A stretch of DNA of 29,504 nucleotides from Fastidiosibacter lacustris (lineage in GTDB: Bacteria > Pseudomonadota > Gammaproteobacteria > Francisellales > Francisellaceae): NCBI RefSeq assembly GCF_003428155.1, contig NZ_QLIR01000022.1:1-29504 (forward strand), read 5' to 3'. Positions 26,243 through 29,504 of the stretch are shown here, piece after piece. A program made the position numbers and the translations under genes. Below the pieces are notes generated by a model that ran no database searches, was not told where the DNA came from, and saw only the letters and a program-made list of their open reading frames with translations. The number at the start of each line of letters is the position of its first letter. Position 1 is the first letter of the stretch.

Positions 26243-28489
26243 TCAAACGTAGCTTTCAGTCTCCAATGGAAGAAGCGTATTTTCATGAGTTGTTTGCCAC
26301 AATATATTAGAGAAAGTCATATAAACATTACTCAACCACACATCAGCCTGTAATTGTTCTTTCTCAATGCTATCTTGAGCAAGGTATCTTGCGTCATTAT
26401 ATAACTTAAACTTTTCAAACAAGTGTTGTTTGATACGCTGCTCCAATAATGTACGCTTATCACCAAAGCTCGTTTCGCCTTTTACATATGAAATATAATA
26501 ACGATCTGCTTCAACCTGCTCTAAGGCTTTTTTATAATTCTCAACGCCATCACCAATGTAATTTTGTTTTGGCCAGTTAACATCAAGTGGAACAAGGGTC
26601 GTATTACTCCAGCGCTCTAAATGATTATGATTAAAATCTTCTAATGCGGTAAGTTCAAAGCGATAATCTTTATTTTTACCTTCTTTATCCTTCTTTGATT
26701 TAATCATTGCATAAGCTTCATAGCTTAGCAGCTGATGATCAGCAAAACTTGCCAAGAAACTCAGCTTTGCCAAAATATATGACTTAGGATTGTTAATATC
26801 GTTTTGTGCGACTCTTTGCTGCCATGCTGTTTGGTCAGCTAAATTCCGGCTATTTTCATTGGCTTTTTCATGTAAATATTTCTTTAGTGTGCACAAATTG
26901 ACACAAGAGACATGCTCTCGCCAATAACTGTTCATAATACTTGGAATTCCTGCATTAACTAGCTTTAACTGGGTTAATACAAAAAATGCTGTCAATAAGG
27001 CAATCGCTTGTGAAAATTCTTCTTTGGAATGCTGATGAAATACACTCAACAGAGGACGAACATTGTTCCAATGTTCCTTTTCTAAGTAATGCAAAAACAG
27101 TTTGGTTTTGTCATCTAGATCAAGGTAGATACTGCCTTCTTGATTCATATTGGTATTTTCAAAGCTATAGCAGAAATATAAGTGATCTCGAATTTTTTTA
27201 ACAAACTGTGTTTTTTGCTCTTTCTTTTCAGTGGAAATTGCAAAATACTCATCAATTAAGAACTGGCGTTGTGCCTTTAAGCTTTTGCTTACCTTTTGCT
27301 TATTTCCCGTTAAAATATAGCCAAGATCGACAATAAATTTGTCTAATGTCTTTGTTTTACCTTTATTTTGCGTGGAATTTAGCAAATCATGTATTTGCTC
27401 AAACAAAGTATACTCTACTGACTGTTGATAGTCTTGATAGCCAACATAACGAATGACTTCTGGCTTAAATGTGTCAATAGCATTCAGCGGCTCACCAGTG
27501 GTGTTTAATGCCTGAAAAATATTATGTGAATATGAGTTCTTAGTTACACTAATGACTGTGAAAGCACAACGGTAAAGTACAAACTCTGCTAAATAAAAAA
27601 GAGCAACGATTTCTTTTAAGTGTTTAAGCTTTTCTCCTTTAATAGGCAAATGAGGATTTGTGATGGCAGACAACTCGAATCGTTGCAAATATTCATATAA
27701 ATGACTGTCAGGTCGCAAGAAAGCTTCTGTCATTTCTTCGGACTGCAAAATGTCATTTATTTCCTGATCAATAATTTTAAAAAATGACTTTAAATTCCCA
27801 TTATAACCATAATCAGATTGACGATAATTAAATAAATAAGAAGCAACATCAGAATTATAAAGCACTTTGGACTCAGAAGTTGACCAACAGTCGTCATACA
27901 TGCGAATAATGCGTGGATAAACACAAAATGGATTCTCTTTTTCATCCCCTTCAGCAACTGTGAAGCGGCAAATGTCATGAGTGGCTCCTGTAATAGTACC
28001 AATACATGCTGTAATACCGTAATATAGGTCAAGAATCATGACTCGATTTTCACATTTATCATCTTCTAGATTTTCAAAATAGCGTCTATCTTCTTTGAGC
28101 TTCTTGCTAAGTTTGTTAAGTCTTTGATAAATTCTTGAAGCCAGGAGGGTAAATGTTGTTAAGCGTTGCTGACCGTCTACCACAACAGAGACCTGAGAGG
28201 GCATAGCTCTTGTATCACAAGGTTCAACGTCCAAATTGCTATTATTATCTTCAACTAGCACAATTGCACCAAAAAATACTAATGCGGATAAATCATCTGA
28301 AAACATGCCTTCTTTAAGGCTATTAAAGAGATCACCCATATTTGTTTTGCCATCACCATCCCAAGCAAACGGACGTTGATAACTTGGGATATAATAGCCA
28401 TTTTTCTGCGCTAAAGTCATATAAACACTCTTGGGTGTTGAAGTAAAAATGCCATCGATATTGATTTTCATTCCTTCATATTTTGTCAT
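26243..28489 (-). CDS. DUF262 (ParB/GmrS-like NTPase/nuclease-fold) domain protein with a long uncharacterised C-terminal half
   Basis: 748-aa ORF with a strong AGGAGG Shine-Dalgarno. DUF262 hallmarks YYIPSYQRPFAWD, VVVDGQQRLTTFTLL and IFQALNTTGEPLNAIDTFKPEV. I see no DUF1524-type His-Me motif in the last ~400 aa. Confidence 0.85.
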   Translation of the reverse strand: MTKYEGMKINIDGIFTSTPKSVYMTLAQKNGYYIPSYQRPFAWDGDGKTNMGDLFNSLKEGMFSDDLSALVFFGAIVLVEDNNSNLDVEPCDTRAMPSQVSVVVDGQQRLTTFTLLASRIYQRLNKLSKKLKEDRRYFENLEDDKCENRVMILDLYYGITACIGTITGATHDICRFTVAEGDEKENPFCVYPRIIRMYDDCWSTSESKVLYNSDVASYLFNYRQSDYGYNGNLKSFFKIIDQEINDILQSEEMTEAFLRPDSHLYEYLQRFELSAITNPHLPIKGEKLKHLKEIVALFYLAEFVLYRCAFTVISVTKNSYSHNIFQALNTTGEPLNAIDTFKPEVIRYVGYQDYQQSVEYTLFEQIHDLLNSTQNKGKTKTLDKFIVDLGYILTGNKQKVSKSLKAQRQFLIDEYFAISTEKKEQKTQFVKKIRDHLYFCYSFENTNMNQEGSIYLDLDDKTKLFLHYLEKEHWNNVRPLLSVFHQHSKEEFSQAIALLTAFFVLTQLKLVNAGIPSIMNSYWREHVSCVNLCTLKKYLHEKANENSRNLADQTAWQQRVAQNDINNPKSYILAKLSFLASFADHQLLSYEAYAMIKSKKDKEGKNKDYRFELTALEDFNHNHLERWSNTTLVPLDVNWPKQNYIGDGVENYKKALEQVEADRYYISYVKGETSFGDKRTLLEQRIKQHLFEKFKLYNDARYLAQDSIEKEQLQADVWLSNVYMTFSNILWQTTHENTLLPLETESYV

Positions 28490-28546
28490 TGCTATCCTCC
28501 TGAAAGTTTATTTATTACGACAAATAATGTTTCATTATGTTTTTTA

Positions 28547-29155
28547 TTAAAAAACTTTGAATCCAGTTTCATTGATTTGTTTCACGTGTGACATCACCAG
28601 GTTGTTACGGGTAATCGCTGAATGTTGCCAAAATGCTTGATAAGATGTTTGTAAGGTGTTGATACGATGTTGATATTTTTTATCTTTGCTTAGCTGTTCT
28701 AATACGGTATGAAATGCATAAACCCCATTTGTCTCATCGTGCCCATAAAAGCGCGGCAATACATTTTCTTCTATACAGTATGGTGAAATATATTGCGCTT
28801 TTTGCTTAAGTAATACCTCGCTTAAACAAAAATAAAGAACATCAGTTTGGAAGTCTTTGACGTACATCACATCAACATTTTCTAACTGCGAGTTATACTG
28901 TTGCCCTGACTCATGCAAAGGTAGTTTCAAACTCATTGAGCTTAGCTTTGTTCGTGTGAAAATTTCGCCTAAGTAAGCATATTGTTTCACTTGAATAGAG
29001 CTTAACTTTTCATGCAAAAAACGCTCTATTTGCGTTAACTGACCTTGCAGTATTTTTACCGAGTAGTTGAATACAAAAACATCTCTACTGCCATATAGTT
29101 CTTCAATCGTATAAAGGCTTGCTTTAGCGACTGCTCCTAGTGATGGTAAGCTCAT
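28547..29155 (-). CDS. Hypothetical protein with a C-terminal Rx6H motif (possible HEPN-like fold), co-oriented 57 nt upstream of the DUF262 gene
   Basis: 202-aa ORF with no overlapping competitor. ITRNNLVMSHV lies 12-20 residues from the C-terminus. No other family motif recognised. Confidence 0.6.
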   Translation of the reverse strand: MSLPSLGAVAKASLYTIEELYGSRDVFVFNYSVKILQGQLTQIERFLHEKLSSIQVKQYAYLGEIFTRTKLSSMSLKLPLHESGQQYNSQLENVDVMYVKDFQTDVLYFCLSEVLLKQKAQYISPYCIEENVLPRFYGHDETNGVYAFHTVLEQLSKDKKYQHRINTLQTSYQAFWQHSAITRNNLVMSHVKQINETGFKVF

Positions 29156-29504
29156 TATTGACCTAAACAGCTATCGATAAATAATAAAGCACATCATAAA
29201 TATTTATATATTTTTGCAACAGGTGTTATTAAATGAATCATGATCCTATGAAAAATCACAAAAAGCAACTTTAGTAATCAAGGCTAAATACAACAACGTG
29301 AGCACCCGTCAATTTACCTTAATAATTTATACGACAAAATTACTTGGTGTTAGCATTGATCAACGTAAAACAACAACTCTTTACAACAAAGCATTACAGC
29401 GATACTGGAATTTTAAGATACCATCTGTATTTGAGGTAAAGTGAATGTAAGGAAACCTTAGATGATTAAAAGTGTTGTTCTAAAGTATCTTCAAGCGACA
29501 CTTT

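Noticed and set aside
26986-28032. ORFs 26986-27201(+) and 27790-28032(-)
   Set aside because: They are antisense or out of frame within the DUF262 gene.
29462-29504. ATG-initiated reading frame (MIKSVVLKYLQATL...) running off the right end of the window
   Set aside because: Only 14 codons are visible, which gives no basis for a call.
1-29504. Search for CRISPR arrays, rRNA, tRNA and long tandem repeats
   Set aside because: I saw no regularly spaced direct repeats, no rRNA-like conserved blocks and no cloverleaf-compatible sequence in any intergenic region.

Overview
The window is an AT-rich (about one-third G+C by eye) gammaproteobacterial-type chromosomal segment. Housekeeping operons alternate with decayed mobile DNA and several small accessory modules.

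Core blocks:
- Complete cytochrome bo3 ubiquinol oxidase operon cyoABCDE (9064-13890, +).
- Tightly coupled five-gene lysine/diaminopimelate operon: dapB, dapA, dapD, a fold-III PLP decarboxylase and an AstE/AspA-family desuccinylase-like gene (23362-18734, -).
- A CspA-family cold-shock gene with a clean intrinsic terminator, a thiamine pyrophosphokinase, xerC and rsmJ.

Accessory blocks:
- A DUF2760 gene abutting a non-canonical Hsp70 gene (2422-140, -).
- A five-gene acyltransferase, ACP, ACP, membrane protein and AMP-ligase operon. It matches the front end of aryl-polyene-type lipid clusters but has no ketosynthase, reductase or dehydratase genes (2607-5852, +), and is followed by a VOC-fold gene.
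- A mobile-element graveyard (about 6560-8912, plus 13987-14290). It holds a Hin/Gin-like serine recombinase gene killed by four in-frame stops, an intact DUF4160/DUF2442 pair, an internally deleted IS1-family remnant, a 503-bp IS630-family derivative that still has terminal inverted repeats, and an IS110-family remnant.
- An orphan XRE regulator, a GT2-like glycosyltransferase and an MFS transporter.
- At the right edge, a co-oriented pair: a 202-aa protein with a C-terminal Rx6H (HEPN-like) motif, then a 748-aa DUF262 (ParB/GmrS-like) protein with no DUF1524-type nuclease end that I can see. I consider this pair the best candidate for an uncharacterised (defence-type) system.

The dap operon with an AstE-like gene in the DapE position and the minimal APE-like lipid module come next.

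I found no rRNA, tRNA or CRISPR array. All family assignments come from motif recognition by eye; no database search was run.
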